A stretch of 62,710 nt of DNA, the filler included, from Dugesia japonica (taxonomy: Eukaryota): the NCBI GenBank assembly GCA_001938525.1. It is 5 parts of 5 records of this genome, joined end to end, with 100 filler letters (N's around TTAATTAATTAA, not from the genome) between each part and the next. Parts side by side here need not be neighbours in the genome. Positions count along the whole stretch, not along the records: positions 1 to 17,294 come from MQRL01627260.1; 4 more parts are not named here. One strand, given 5' to 3'. The notes under the pieces were generated by a model, which worked only from the letters and a program-made list of their open reading frames with translations, had not been told where the DNA came from and ran no database searches. Position 1 is the stretch's first letter. Each line of letters starts with the position of its first letter. This document shows positions 1 to 13,700 of this stretch, in pieces. The translations under genes and the position numbers were made by a program.

Positions 1-2879
1 TTTTATTAGTTTCATTGCTAATTGAAGATATAAATCTAATGTTGATCCTAGAACAACATAATTTTTCTTGTCGAATTGATTTAGTGTAAGTTTAATGTTA
101 TTTTTTGGTATTTTCTTTCCAAATGACTTTTGATAATTACTTAACATGTCTTCTGTAATATTTATTCTTTCTGGTGCTAATGGAAAATATTTAGTTTTAT
201 CATGAATTTCTCTCGGATAATCTAAATCAACTTCATAAATAAAATTAATGTTATCAGTTGACATTTCATATTCTAAATTTTCACACTCGGTCATTTCACC
301 TGTTGGTAAAGGTCTAGTCATACAACTAGCATATAAAGAGTTTTCATCTAAATATTTTATAAATGTTTCTTCAAATAAACTTTCAAGATATTCATCTGGA
401 ATAAACTCATGAGTATTCATCGTTTTTATTAAATCTTCAAATTGAGATTTATTCATTTGTTTGGTATATGGATTTTTATTTTTATCATGACTAAATACTT
501 GTCTTTCACCTAAAACTCCAGAATATCCACCTCTAATTCCTTCTTCAACTAATNAGAAAAGATCATAAGTTTCAGGTTTAGCATATTTCAATTTAACATT
601 AGCATTTAACATTCCTGTTTCCCAACTATAATCTGGTGCTGAATAAGAATAACATGGATCTAATTTTTAAATATTATTTAAACATGATTCACGAAAAGTT
701 TCTAAGAAATCTGTTAGAATTAAATATCTAACTTCATATAATGTAACATGTAATCCCACATACTATCATATTCTCCCGAGGTAAAATCATTATAAAATAT
801 TTGATAGTCTTCATCTGATATTTCTTTTTGTGTTAATGTATTAAAGAAATCTTCTTTGTTTGGTATAAAANNATCTTTTAATAATTCTTCTACTTCTTGA
901 ATACTATCACCTTTTACATATTCATATGGAAAGAAAGCCTTTTTATATGGATAATTATTATTTAATTGTTTTAATAATTTTCCCATTGTTTCAACAGATG
1001 TAAATGGAAGTAATCTTGCTGAATCTAAAAATTTAATATTTCCAAATTGAAATGCAATATAATTATCTGAAGAATNTGGAATTATTTTTTTCACTTTTCC
1101 TGGAAACTTTGTTAATAATTCTCTAAAAAATAAATGATTATCATAACCTGATGCATTATGGAAACAAAATGGTATAAATAAATTCTTTACACTTTTATCA
1201 TTTATGTTACAACTTTCATATGTCCATCCTCTAAATTCTCCATTTATATGATTATGATCTTTAATTGGAGTGCCGCATATACTTTTTTCACAATATCTAC
1301 AATTTTCATTTCTAAATTCTTCATTTCCTATGTATTCTTCTATTAATTTATTTTCTTTAATATCTTGTAATTTATTATTAGTTTCTTCTAAAAATTCAAA
1401 GAAACAATCATAAATGTTTTCACCTACAAATACATAATATTTACTTTCTAATAATTCTGGATAATCACTTTTAAGATAAACACCCAAGGATAATGCTTTT
1501 TGTTTTTTAGTTTGAATGTTTGTGTATGCTTCAAAATCTCCAATTAGTACAAATGGTATTTTATTTTTCTGATAATATTTTCTAAAAGAATAATAATCTT
1601 CATATTGAAAAANNNNNNNNNNNNNNNNNNNNNNNNNNNNNNNNTCTTGATGTTTAATTAATAATTCTTCACTTGAATAACAATTCATACATCTTATGCA
1701 TGGATAATTTGTGTTTCTATTTGCTGATGTAAAAAATACAGTTAGATCTCTACATAAAATATAATGATCTTTATACACCAACAAATTACATTTATTTTCT
1801 TTTGGTGTTGGATTTCTTTTTTAATGTGAAATGTGTAATGGTTCAAGTTTTTTATTATCATTTACACCAAACACATTTATTTCTAATTCATTTAATTTCT
1901 CAAATTTATTTATATCATCAATGTTCATAGGAAATTTAAAACATTGATATTTTAATTCTGTTAAATGTGGAATGTAATTACTTACACGTGTTGGATTTTC
2001 AAATAAATGTTTATGTGCTAAAATCGAATAAAGAAAACATTTATTATCATCTTTATTTTTTATGTTGATTACACCCGGTTTTTGAAATGACAATTTGCGA
2101 TATGTTGCTCCAGCTAATGATTGATATTTAGAAAGATCTAATTTATAATCTATAATGTGTGACATTGTCCATCCTGAGCCTTCTCTATCTTCATCTTCAA
2201 TATATCTTTCTAATTCATGAAAAATTTCATTAACACCATTTCCTATTCCACTTTCAATTGTAAATCTTTTATTGTTTGAATAAGAAGAAAAATCTTTTTC
2301 AGAATTTTCGTTATTTATTAATTTTNNNNNNNNNNNNNNNNNNNNNNNNNNNNNNNNNNNNNNNNNNNNNNNNNTAAAATATTTTGTAACAATTTCTTTC
2401 ACATCATTTTTAAATGCATTAATATTTCTAATTTTCATAGTAAACAATTTATCTACATTAAATTTCATCACCACTTTAATTTCTTTAAAATATTCAATTT
2501 CAAAATCTTTATATTCTCTTAAAAGATCTCTAATTTCAGCTTCATAATTAATTGCTTCTTCAGTAGGTAATTCTTCATATAAAACTTTGTTTGCCATTTC
2601 TTTGTGTTTGTCAGAATTGAAATGTGCTTTTGCAAGATTTTGTTTTGTAAATGTTTGATTACAAATTTTACAGAATAATGGAACATTTTTTCTATTTCCA
2701 CATCTTGTAGAATTTAAATGTTCTTGTAAACAATTTTCTGTTCTAAATGTTTTATTACATTTTCTACATTTAAATCTTATTTCATTTCTATAACAAATTC
2801 TTGAATTAAAATGTCCTGCTAACCCTGCTAAATTCTTAAACACTTTTCTACAATTTTCACATCTTATTATTGCACTCAT
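1..2879 (-). pseudogene. Protein-primed family B DNA polymerase (Polinton type) with N-terminal zinc fingers; several in-frame TAA stops
   Basis: Motifs in order: GSGW, INIKNKDDNKCFLYSILAH, DFEAY (ExoI), KDHNHINGEFRG, FHNASGYDNHLF (ExoII), FLDS, FFPYEY, GIRGG, YLDENSLYASCM (Pol motif A). ORFs 1821-2879 and 720-1784 and the 1-719 segment share one frame. Confidence 0.92.
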
Positions 2880-2947
2880 TTTTCTAAAGAAATGATTTAA
2901 TCATACACCCACTAAAAGGAGGTAAATTTTCCATTTAACATTTTATA

Positions 2948-3335
2948 TTTTATGAAGTGTTTTGTATTGAGATTATTTTTTAATTTTAATGTCACTCATC
3001 AAACTTTTCTTGATGGGGGAGTTTTTGAAAATTTTAATGTCTAGCACTAAAAATAAAAAAATAATGTCTTTGAAAAAATATTTCTTTGTGTAAAATTTTT
3101 ACATAAAATATAAAATGTTAAATGTAAAAAAATTCTTTATACTTTTATGAAGTGTTTTGTATTGAGATTATTTTTTAATTTTAATGTCACTCATCAAACT
3201 TTTCTTGATGGGGAAGTTTTCGAAGAAAACTTTTTCATTTTTGAAAATTTTGATGTCTGACACTAAAAATAAAAAAATAATGTCTTTGGAAAAACATTTA
3301 TTAATGTAAAATTTTTACATTTAACATTTTAACAT
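2948..3335. repeat. Two-copy direct repeat (~195-bp period) in the Polinton sub-terminal region
   Basis: TTTTATGAAGTGTTTTGTATTGAGATT...CTTGATGGG starts at both 2948 and 3143. Confidence 0.9.
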
Positions 3336-3901
3336 GGAATTTTGAAAAAAAGGCTACCCCCTTGAATTTTATTCGTCGTTTCACCACTACTTATATATAT
3401 TCAATAAAAGGAAAAATAACAACCAAATGAAATTAAAAGAAAAATTGATCCAATTCAAAAGCATCAAAAAATTCTAATTATAAAAAAAATTCTCATTTGA
3501 AAATAAGAAAAAAATCGCTAATTAATGATTTTTATTTGTTCGGATTCCTGTTATAAAATTTTGTGTAAATTATTTTCATTACTTGAAATAAACTTGCTAA
3601 GTGAAAAGAGAGAATCCATTGAGATTCTAATTTTTTTGATAGCATTTATTTAACAAGTTTTCAGTAAAATCAGTTTCTGTTTTGTTTAAAATTTAGTTTC
3701 AAAATATTTATCATACTAAATTAATAAAAATTTGAAACTGAAATCAAAATTATAACTAAATTATAATTAACAACAACAATTAGTGAAAAGTAAATAGTCT
3801 ATGAAATTACTGCTTAATTGGTAAAATAGAGTCAATAATTAACAAAAATCGCATTAATACTATTTTGAATAAATTAAAACAATAATTAAATAGTTTTATA
3901 A

Positions 3902-4040
3902 TTACAGTTATTGAGAGAATAATTGTAGGACTTAACCATTGGTCGCATTTGAGATTTCATCAAAATAAAGAAAAAGCTTCGATCCAAATAAAATGTATTA
4001 GTAAAAAAGTTCAAATTTTCGACAATTGTCTTCGAAGACT
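3902..4040 (-). mobile_element. Degenerate copy of the Penelope-like/hammerhead short repeat family
   Basis: Shares GAGAATAATTGT(A/T)GGAC..ACCATTG and AAAGCTTCGATC with 58930-59175 and 60213-60417. It has a degraded GAC-AATT-GTC-GAAA core. Confidence 0.65.
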
Positions 4041-4437
4041 ATTTTTTTCTCCTTTATTTTAACCTTTTTAATCTTTTTCTTTATTTTAATGAAATAATTA
4101 AATAAACTATTTAAGGATTAGTGACTATTTAATTTAATATTTTAATCGCAAAATTAATTTCTACGAAGTAAAAATATTTTAGTACAAGTTACTGTAGATA
4201 AGTAATTTTACATTATAAATTTAGGAATTTCGCGAATTAAAACGAATAATACAGCAAAAATACTAATTTTATTATTACATAATATATTAATGTGATTGAA
4301 AAGTATTTAACATTAATGTTAATATTTGTTTAAACTAATAAATTAAGGAATTGCACTAAAAGTCATTTTTAAATATATAGTAAATATATTTTACTGTTGA
4401 TAATTAATTAAAAATCCGGAATAATAGAAAAGAATAT

Positions 4438-4990
4438 TGGATTTAATCCTAGAGATATTCGCGTATTAATCGGTTACTTGTTAAAGAGAAATATGTTCGT
4501 GATAGACACCACTATTGAAATTATTGGTGCTGTACGGCCAAATACGGTAACGTACTCCTTCGTTAAAAATGGTTCCATAACTGTCAAAAGGGCAGAACAT
4601 CCTTTGATGACCTTCTATGTTCAGGTCAGCTAATAGAAGTGAGAACTGAAGAAAACGTGGCTGCTGTTCGATATTTGATCAGGAAAGACAAATGGTGGAA
4701 ATAACGAAAATGTCTGGAGAGCGAATACATAACATTTTGTACAAATATCTGGGCGGTAGACATCTTTGTTCCCAATCGGTACCTCATGTTCTCACACTCG
4801 AAAAAATAGAGGTCCGTCTGAAATTGTACCAAACGAATCTGGCGAAATTCGAAATAGAAGGTCCCGACATTGTTAATCGACTGGTGACAGATGATCGGAC
4901 TTGGGTATACTTTTTATTAGAATTTTTCGTTGAGTAAGGCAAGGTATCGGTTCCTGAACAAGTAAGTTGTAGCAAAAGCTAAAATCGTCT
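4438..4990 (+). pseudogene. mariner transposase remnant
   Basis: TEENVAAV, IHNIL, SVPHVLT (WVPHEL motif), LVTDDRTWVY (first catalytic D region). Confidence 0.85.
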
Positions 4991-5986
4991 GCAATGCTGC
5001 TTTTGCCTACTGTTCTAAGTAAAATTGTTCAAACTCTTACTGGCTACTATCGCCTTTTACCGCTTAATTTGCACGCGCAAACCATTTAAAGTTAAACAAT
5101 AAACGTTTATAGTTTGAAGTTGTTTTTTGGTGGGAGGGAGTTCTCCAAGCTGAAAATCAGCAAATTTTACGTTAACCGTGGCAAGTGAATGTACAAACAA
5201 AAAATTCACTAATAAATTCACTGGGAAATATAATTTTCAAATTTTAATAAGGTTTATTAGTGGTTTGGTGTACTAAAGTATATGCTTACCACGAATCTGT
5301 CGAAATTCGCAAGAAAATTTGGTCCCTTGAATCGTGACAGGCAATTGTACAAAATAGTTTGCGCGCAAATTAATTTTAAAAAAATTAATTACAGTTTTTA
5401 TTAACTTTCGAGTAACGAAACTTCAAAAATGAAATAAAGGACTGGAATGGGGTAGATAGTGACCCCATTAAATTTCACAATAAGCTATAAACATCTCTAT
5501 ATTACGTATTAGATACCGAATAATAGAGAATAACTGCAAGTAATGAAAAAATATCACAAAGATACTTTTTGTATTTCACAAAATTTGAACATAATAAGAA
5601 TTTTGGGATAGATTATAACCTCATTCAGGAACGGGAGGGTTAAAAAGAATTTCTTTTAAAAAACTGGATAGTTTGCGAGTGTAGACTAAGCGATGAAAGA
5701 TGGTAGTTTCCATTGAAATATTAAATAATGCGTTAAATATTGCACTTCCAGTTAAGAAAGATGAGAAGATGACTGGGTTTTATTGTTCCTGTTTTTATAT
5801 TATTTAATTTTTATATATACAATATGTACGAAAAAAATCTGAACACTATTCAAATCAGACAAATCACTTGAAACAATTTAATAAAAATCCGATCACATAA
5901 CATTTCATATTGATTAACTGCGAACTTTGTATTGTTTTGCGTAAATTTAAATAGTTTAAATGGCGCATTTGGATGAAATTATTTCA

Positions 5987-6190
5987 ATGACACAGCTAAC
6001 TAATTTTGAAAACGGATAGAGTGTAGCATATTCAAATTGCGAATTATCTGGGAGAGAAAATAGCAAAGAAAATGGGGAAATCTCAATTGTTAGTCACTAC
6101 ATTTCTTAAAAATTACAAAGCAACTGGAAATTACGAACGTAAAATTGGTAATGGAAGACTTAGAAAAACGATCAATACTGAAGATCAAAC
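5987..6190 (+). pseudogene. Tc1-like transposase N-terminal HTH fragment
   Basis: IAKKMGKSQLLVTTFLKNYKATGNYERKIGNGRLRKT resembles the Tc1/Tc3 paired-like domain plus GRPRK motif. Confidence 0.65.
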
Positions 6191-6231
6191 NNNNNNNNNN
6201 NNNNNNNNNNNNNNNNNNNNNTGCTCGTACC

Positions 6232-6900
6232 ATTACGTACTCCCATTGATAATGATGGATTTCCAACGAAATATTGAATTTTAATAAATTGTTTCCAGTA
6301 TTTTGTGCTATATACTATGCTAAAATTGTATTTATAATTTTCACTGGGTTGCAATAACTCATAATATAGAACGCCCTTAATATCCCACCAAATGCAGAGC
6401 ATTACTTTTTTCTAAAACGATTGGGTTTTGAGACCGATGTTAATGGTTCTACGGGATTTAACCATGGCTTAATACATTTTGGATTATAATATTGTATCCA
6501 TTTCTCATCTCTTGTCATTATTTTCACAAGAACGACTTTCGACGCTAGCTATTGAGAAGAGAAAGACAAGTTTCATTTCGTTGATTTGTGTCAGTTCATT
6601 CGGGACCCATTTTCCTTCTTTTTGGATTTTACCCTTCTCATGTAGATGGTGAGAAACAGTTTACTGAGTCTCTCCCAATTNTTTTGTAAGCTCCANCTGT
6701 GCTGTGCCAAATTATCAGAGAGTAGTTGTTCCAGATATTCATTGCTGCATGTTCTAGCAGCACCAAGACGTTGTTTGTCTGTGACACTGAAATTATCGTT
6801 TTTAAAGAGCCTGAACCAAAATGCGACACTGCATCTTTGTCGAAAACGGAAGAAATGGATATTCACATGCTCTTGTCGCATGTTTCCTTGCTGAAATTCA
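6232..6900 (-). pseudogene. mariner (Mos1-like) transposase remnant
   Basis: WFRLFKNDNFSVTD, GKWVPNEL, TRDEKWIQY, KVMLCIWWDIKGVLYYELLQP, read across frameshifts. Confidence 0.9.
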
Positions 6901-7891
6901 TACAGAATAAAGTGTTAAATATGCACTTTAATTGTTCCCATGTAGGGGGGCACTGGTGGATTGAAATGTTTTGAATCTTGATTCTTTTGCAAACTCAATA
7001 CCATTTTAATATTTGATTTGAAAATTGATTGTAAATTGGAATATTAAAACAATTGCATTACTTATTGCAAATCTCATCATAGAAATTGTGGATTATTTAT
7101 CTGTAGACCTCATATGTTTATAGGAAACCCTGTAAACTGTAAATATGAGTGCGTATAATATTCTCTTTGTGTAATTATTTTTAAATGTAAATTTATGGTA
7201 ACCGGACAAACAGTTNNNNNNNNNNNNNNNNNNNNNNNNNNNNNNNNNNNNNNNNNNNNNNNNNNNNNNNNNNNNNNNNNNNNNNNNNNNNNNNNNNNNN
7301 NNNNNNNNNNNNNNNNNNNNNNNNNNNNNNNNNNNNNNNNNNNNNNNNNNNNNNNNNNNNATATTTTACTCACTCAAATTAGAAGAGATGTAACATTGTA
7401 TTTGGCACATTATACGATTTTAATAAGCCTTATTTCTTAACAAACTAATAAAATTAATTAATTAAATAAACATGTGAATTTTCAATGTTAACGTAATGTG
7501 AAAATGATTATTTTAATTTGTGTTAAGGTATTTTACTTGATTTTTACCTACATTAAACTTTCATTTAAGGAAATTTTGTTATTCTATATTTACTATCTTA
7601 ATCATTCCTACTTTAAATCGTAATTTGTATTTGTCATAAATAAATATTTCAACACTATCCTAGAAAAATATTTAACTCCGATGACACTTTAAAGTCCCGA
7701 TAACTTAATTTTACATAACTGATATTTCAATATTAAATANNNNNNNNNNNNNNNNNNNNNNNNNNNNNNNNNNNNNNNNNNNNNNNNNNNNNNNNNNNNN
7801 NNNNNTAATTTAAATTTACTAATTAATATTAAATAATTTAAAATTTCTGTAATATAAAGTTAAATAAAAACTATTAACAAATTATTATTAC

Positions 7892-8254
7892 CAATAACGC
7901 CATGCATGCAGTTAAATATCCACTGCCAGAACCGACATCTAAAACTGAATTACCAGGTTTCAAATGATCACGTAAAGCTTCTAGTGCTATAGCATGCTAA
8001 AATTACATCATTTAATTGAAAATAAATAATTCAACTAACCATATGTGGTGCACTAATAGTCACACCATATCCGATTGGCTGTGGCGAATCCACATAAGGG
8101 CTATTATGAGAAAAATGAGATCTATCAACAGTTTTCAAAACTTCTTCTATTTGAGGTGTTTTAATAATTCCTTGGTCTAAATTTATAGTTTAAATAAATA
8201 TAAATATATTATATTACGCTTCAAATTTTGNATAAGACGGTAATGTGAACTCAT
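7892..8254 (-). CDS. PCMT1: Protein-L-isoaspartate O-methyltransferase, first three exons (8254-8218, 8176-8040, 7996-7892)
   Basis: Spliced translation [87 protein letters not shown]. The GT-AG introns are 41 and 43 bp with matching phases. It is absent from the ORF track. Confidence 0.95.
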
Positions 8255-8759
8255 TAAAACCGAAAATTATTTTAATTATAAATATTATCTAAGTATTAGT
8301 AAAGAATTATGTAAAGATACCTTTTAACAAAAGGTATTTTATCAATTTAATTCAAAAATATTGCGTTTTTAATAATTTATTTTTAAGTTTACTCGAGTAA
8401 AACAAATTTCTTTTTTAAGCTTGTTATAAAGACGAATATTATTAACTCAAAACCAATTTGAAATTAAATTTTATAATTGAAACAACTCAGAAAACGTAAA
8501 ATAATAAATTAATTAAAAAATCAGACGAAAATAAAATAATTACTAATATCACAAAAATATATAGCAGAACCTTTCAAAAGTGACAGTTTTTTACGGTGAT
8601 GGTTACTTTTTGATGTTATGCTAAAATTACTAAAAACAAACAGAAAAGAATATTTAAATATTTATTTTACCAAATATCTAAAAATATTTTCTTTCGGTTG
8701 CTTTGATGACTGAATCAGCTCATTTTCCAGCAAACTGATCAGGACAGTTATTTTATATA

Positions 8760-9290
8760 TAGTATACTTCTGCATATGAGTTTTACCGTCATGGATTTGG
8801 AACTATCTAGTTCATCACTATTGCATATTTGCAGGTCATAGATAATATCATTTAATTAATTATCAAAAATTTCATTTTTTTATCTTCGTCGGTATAATTT
8901 ATTATAGGATCGTAATATATGTTCGAATAAAATTTTAATATTGTTTTAAAACCAGTTGTAACTGTATTCACCCTTACTTGATCTAATAGAAGCTTTGGCT
9001 ACATTATTACATCTTATATCGTTACGGAAGACATAAGTCTCTCCAGTAATAGATTTTTGTATATTGTCTTTAAAATTGTTAATAATTTTAGCTTCCAGTG
9101 ATTGAATAAAACTGGAGGTATTGGAAAAATAAATCAGTGTCAATATGAGCGGTGCAATTATCAAGAATTATAAATGTTTCTATTCTCNTTCTCAAAATTT
9201 TAATTAAGTTTTGGTAATCAATTAACAAAAATTTCTTTTGACATCCTGTTAGATNCCTGTGCGTTTGAGGCTCAAACACATTTTTTTTAC
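8760..9290 (-). pseudogene. Tigger/pogo (CENP-B-like DDE) transposase remnant
   Basis: IILDNCTAH and FSNTSSFIQSLEAKIINNFK match the LLDNxxAH and PPNTTSxxQPLDxGII motifs. Confidence 0.75.
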
Positions 9291-10715
9291 TTCAAATAAG
9301 TCATTTATTGGTGTGTATGTTTTTATTTATAAAATAATTATAAAATAATATATTAATTAAAAAAACGCTTTTCTTTATTTTCAAAACTTTCTTGATTATA
9401 AACAATTTTACAAAATATACATAATTAAATTCACATGCATTAAAAAATATAACAATAATTAAAATTTTGGGCCCGAACTGAGCTAAATTCGTTTTTAAAT
9501 AAGTTTAAATTTGAAAGATATCGAATTAGATACTAAATGCCCTAAAAGTTTATTCCGTCGGTGTTGCTTAGCAAATTAAACTCGTCAATTTAATTTTCAC
9601 AAGAATAAAAGTAATGGTTTTGGAAACCGTTGAAATTAATAATGATTTTATGGAAAGGTTGTTCCTCTGCATTTATCTAGCAGAGACAACTCAATTAACT
9701 TTAGAAAATGCAAAAAATATAAAACTTAGTACCAGATGATAATCAAACTAAATCAAAACAAAGTTAAAACCTATACAATGTAAAATGAATTTAAAAAACT
9801 TTACTAAAGAACAATTTCAACACTTAACGGTACTGAATTATTTTATTCTTTAGAAATTACAAAAAATAACAAAACAAAGACTACTAGCCATATTCAATCT
9901 TTTTTTCAAATAAATTTTATTCCCAAAATTATTCTTATTTGTTTATGTCGCCTATAAGCTTACATTTATGTTCATACAATTTTCTTTATTTTGCAAACAT
10001 TTTGTAAATGTGTGTAATTTTTTGTAATTTCTCATTTTTAGTCTCCCAAGTGCTTAACTGACTTAAATGAATAATTAATTATTTTATATTTTAACTCTTC
10101 TCTTGACATTTAGAATTCACACATACTTTATCATTATTATTATCAAATTTTATTTTCTTTATTGCTTTGTTAACTATAAATTCATTTCAGTTCAAAATAA
10201 TATTTGTTGAATAACACAAACAGAAGTGCGAGTAATTTATTCAAGTATAATTCAAAATTTAAATAAATTATCAATAAAAAAATACAAACCGTTCGCAAAA
10301 TTTAAATATTATTAAAAATTTCACCACATTTTTATAAAAAATTTAAATAATGTCTATGATTATTTTAAATTTAAATGAAAAATAATTTTTATTTCTTTTA
10401 TCTCAAAATTGGCCAAATAATTTAATATTTCATTTTTGGTTTGTTCGTTTAAATCCCTTAGATTTTATGGTTTCCATTTTCTTTCGATTTAAAAAAATAA
10501 ATAATTGGAAATGTTTTAAAATTTTAAATTTTTTTTAAGACTTTAACAACTAACTAAAAATCATGAGCTCTAATCTTTGCTCTAATGTTTGTGTNNNNNN
10601 NNNNNNNNNNNNNNNNNNNNNNNNNNNNNNNNNNNNNNNNNNNNNNNNNNNNNNNNNTATTGCTGTGACAGCTAAATAATTGTTGTCTTTCACTGTAAAG
10701 TTGTCTTTCAATCTA

Positions 10716-13700
10716 ATGAATAATAAAGTTTCCGATAATAAATCATCTCAATTTATACTTCCCAAAATTCCAAGTAAACGAACCATCAATGATCAGCGTG
10801 TAAATTTAAAAGGAAATGGAAGCAGTGATAGTGGAGCTGAAACTAGTGATTCTGACGATAGAACATTTTCTATCGAAACACTCAGATGTTCATTTTGTTC
10901 TTATGCAATAAATGAATTGTCAGCTTATGTAAACCATCTAAAAAACTTACATGGTACTGAATCTCTACAATGTATGACTTGTCATCAATTTCTTTCACTT
11001 GAAAATTTTCAAAGGCATACCTCTAAATGCAAAGGAACTCATTCTTGCGATTATTGCGGAGCAACATTTGCTCAGAAGTCATATCTACAACGTCATATAT
11101 CTAGAATTCACTTAAAATCTAACTCTGGATTTCTATGTGAAATATGTGGTCATATATTGTCTTCTAATAATAATTTAAAGCAGCATAAATTAATTCATAC
11201 TGGTTAGTCTAAATAAATTTGAATTAATATAATACTACGCTTTTTTTGTGAATTAATGACTTAAAATACTTAATTAATATTTTGGAAGCAAACGACGAAT
11301 ATTAAGAAAATAAATAAATTTTTATTTAATTTATTTTAATAACTATATAATAAAGTTGATTCTTGTTAAATATTTGAAAATGATGGAATGATANNNNNNN
11401 NNNNNNNNNNNNNNNNNNNNNNNNNNNNNNNNNNNNNNNNNNAGATTTTCGTTTTAAAATTGAATTTTTGAAAATAATTAGGATAATAATAAGTAAAATT
11501 CATATTGTAATATAGTGTTTAGTAATATAAATCGATGATTTTCAGCAGTTCACTGTTCAATTTAATTGTTAAAATTATGGTTTAGTTTTACGGAAGTCAT
11601 CAGTTTGACAGGTTCTGATTTTATTGAAAAATATTTTCCTTTGAAATCTGTTTTTAATGATATAACGATGGGAATACACGCAATTCTGTTTTTACATGAT
11701 AGAGATGTTTCAGAAAAATTCGTGTAAAAATTGTTTAAAAAAAGATGACATACAATAAGCGCTGCTTATTGTGATCACTGGTTATTAGAATCAATCGCTT
11801 TATAGAATCCAATTAAAAAAAACCGTTGTTTTTTGTGTTCTAATAATAACATTGTTATTAATTTATTATTAATCACCCATTATTCATAATCGAAATTTGA
11901 TAATTAGTGTAAATAAAATGGAGTGAATTAATTAAAACAATTTCATTTGATATTTATTGTGTACTCATTTACACACGAATAAACTATATCAGTTTTCATT
12001 GAGTATCTTGCTATACCTTACTCTTGTTCTTGGCGGATTATTTTCCGGTCAATTTTTATCCTCATTGCTTTATTTCCCCATTGAAGTTCAATAGAAGTTA
12101 TAATTCCATATTGTTAAAGAGCCTTATTAGTTCAAAGAATGTTGACAAACATGATCATAATAAGCGGCGCTTATTGTATATGATTAACTTCTGAATTCTT
12201 GCCTCCGTGAATAATTACAAAAGTTCATTGTGCAATGAAAAAGACTCTTATTTCGTTTATAAATTAAACTTTATTTACAAAATAAATTCAAAGATATTTG
12301 AAAATCTGTAAAAAATAATTCTTTATATTGACCTTTTGTTTACTAAACTGAATTTATTGTGGAAAAGTATCGAGGGGTTTAGGAATTTATAAAAGAAACA
12401 ATTAGACTCTGGTGCAGAGATGACAGGAAGTTTCACCAATGCATGGGGCGTTACACCCGTTACATTTAAATAGATAGACTAGATCGGAACACAAGCCTAA
12501 ATGGGTTATGGATTTATTATTGAACATATTTATAAACTTATGGGATTGAAAACCAATTTTATTCATCGGAGCAACTTCCTCTCATCTCAGCACCAGACTC
12601 CAAGAGCATAGTCAAATAGTGGAAATAGTAATTGTTAGATGAATCTGTAACACTCATCAATGAATTTAACAAATCAGATTGCTCCATAAAACTTTATTAA
12701 TAAAACTATTAAAACAATAATTGTTTATTCAAACAAAGTAAAAACAATTTCAAATCTGGTCGAAATATCTCAATATTATACAAGTGAGTTTCGATTTTAC
12801 ATCAATTAAAAAGTAATTTTTTTAATTCCAAATAATTATTTTACCCTTAATTAAAGAAACTATAAAATTGTTATGGCCAGAAAAACATACGAACCATTTA
12901 AGCATCCTTTACGCTTTTTGAACATATTGTCTCGCAAAATATTCTCGTCACATAATCTTGGACTCATTTCAGCACATCGTCTGTGCATATCGTCTCAACA
13001 ATCGTCTCAGCACACTGTTTTTCACTTTGACAAACTAAAGATGACTGAATACTTAGCTGACTTTTCAGCATGTGTATATTGAATTGGTTGATTTGATAGA
13101 CTGACTGAATTGATGAGTATGACAACTTGCACTGATATATAACAGGAGTCAGATTTGAGTAGTTTAAAAAGATAACCTTGAAAGTTTAAATAAAACAAGT
13201 ATTTAAATTAGTTATCACAATGTAATCAACTCATCTTATGTTAAGAGATGTTTTTATATAATTCTGTTAGTTTTAATTTTTTCCGTAAAATCGAACAGAA
13301 TTTTCATATTTTATTTAAATTAAAAATAAGGGTGGCGTAAAATCGAAATTTACTTGTACGCTTTTAAATTTTTTTCTTGTCTAAAATTTTTTTAAAAATA
13401 AAATGACTTTATTATTTTAACACGCTTGTTTTTTTATATATATTTAATAATCTTATTTAAAATAAATATTTATTATATCAACTTGTATAATTTTTAAAAT
13501 AAAATACAAAGATATTTTGAATCACAAAAATAAAAGCTTCAATCAAATTTTGTTTCTTTAGATTTTGAAAATAATTCTATATTTTGACTTTGTCTTCTTC
13601 AGGAATTGAATTTTTTTTAAAAATCTTTTAATAATGTGTATTTGAAAAATATATTTAATGCATTATTATTGTAATTTATATTTTATAAAATTGTGACTGA

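Larger units (their letters stand above)
1..3391 (-). mobile_element. Polinton/Maverick (adintovirus-like) element end, runs off the window start
   Basis: Contains a protein-primed PolB gene and a sub-terminal 195-bp direct repeat. It ends in ACTACT at 3386-3391 (5'-AGTAGTGGTG on the minus strand), the typical Polinton terminus. Confidence 0.85.

Noticed and set aside
660-1823. In-frame TAA codons in PolB suggesting stop-codon reassignment
   Set aside because: They fall at positions expecting different residues (L, Y). Host genes end in TAA, and the other Polinton segment is full of frameshifts, so this is ordinary decay.
5440-5643. piggyBac-like end (GGAGGG|TTAA)
   Set aside because: No matching left TIR was found.
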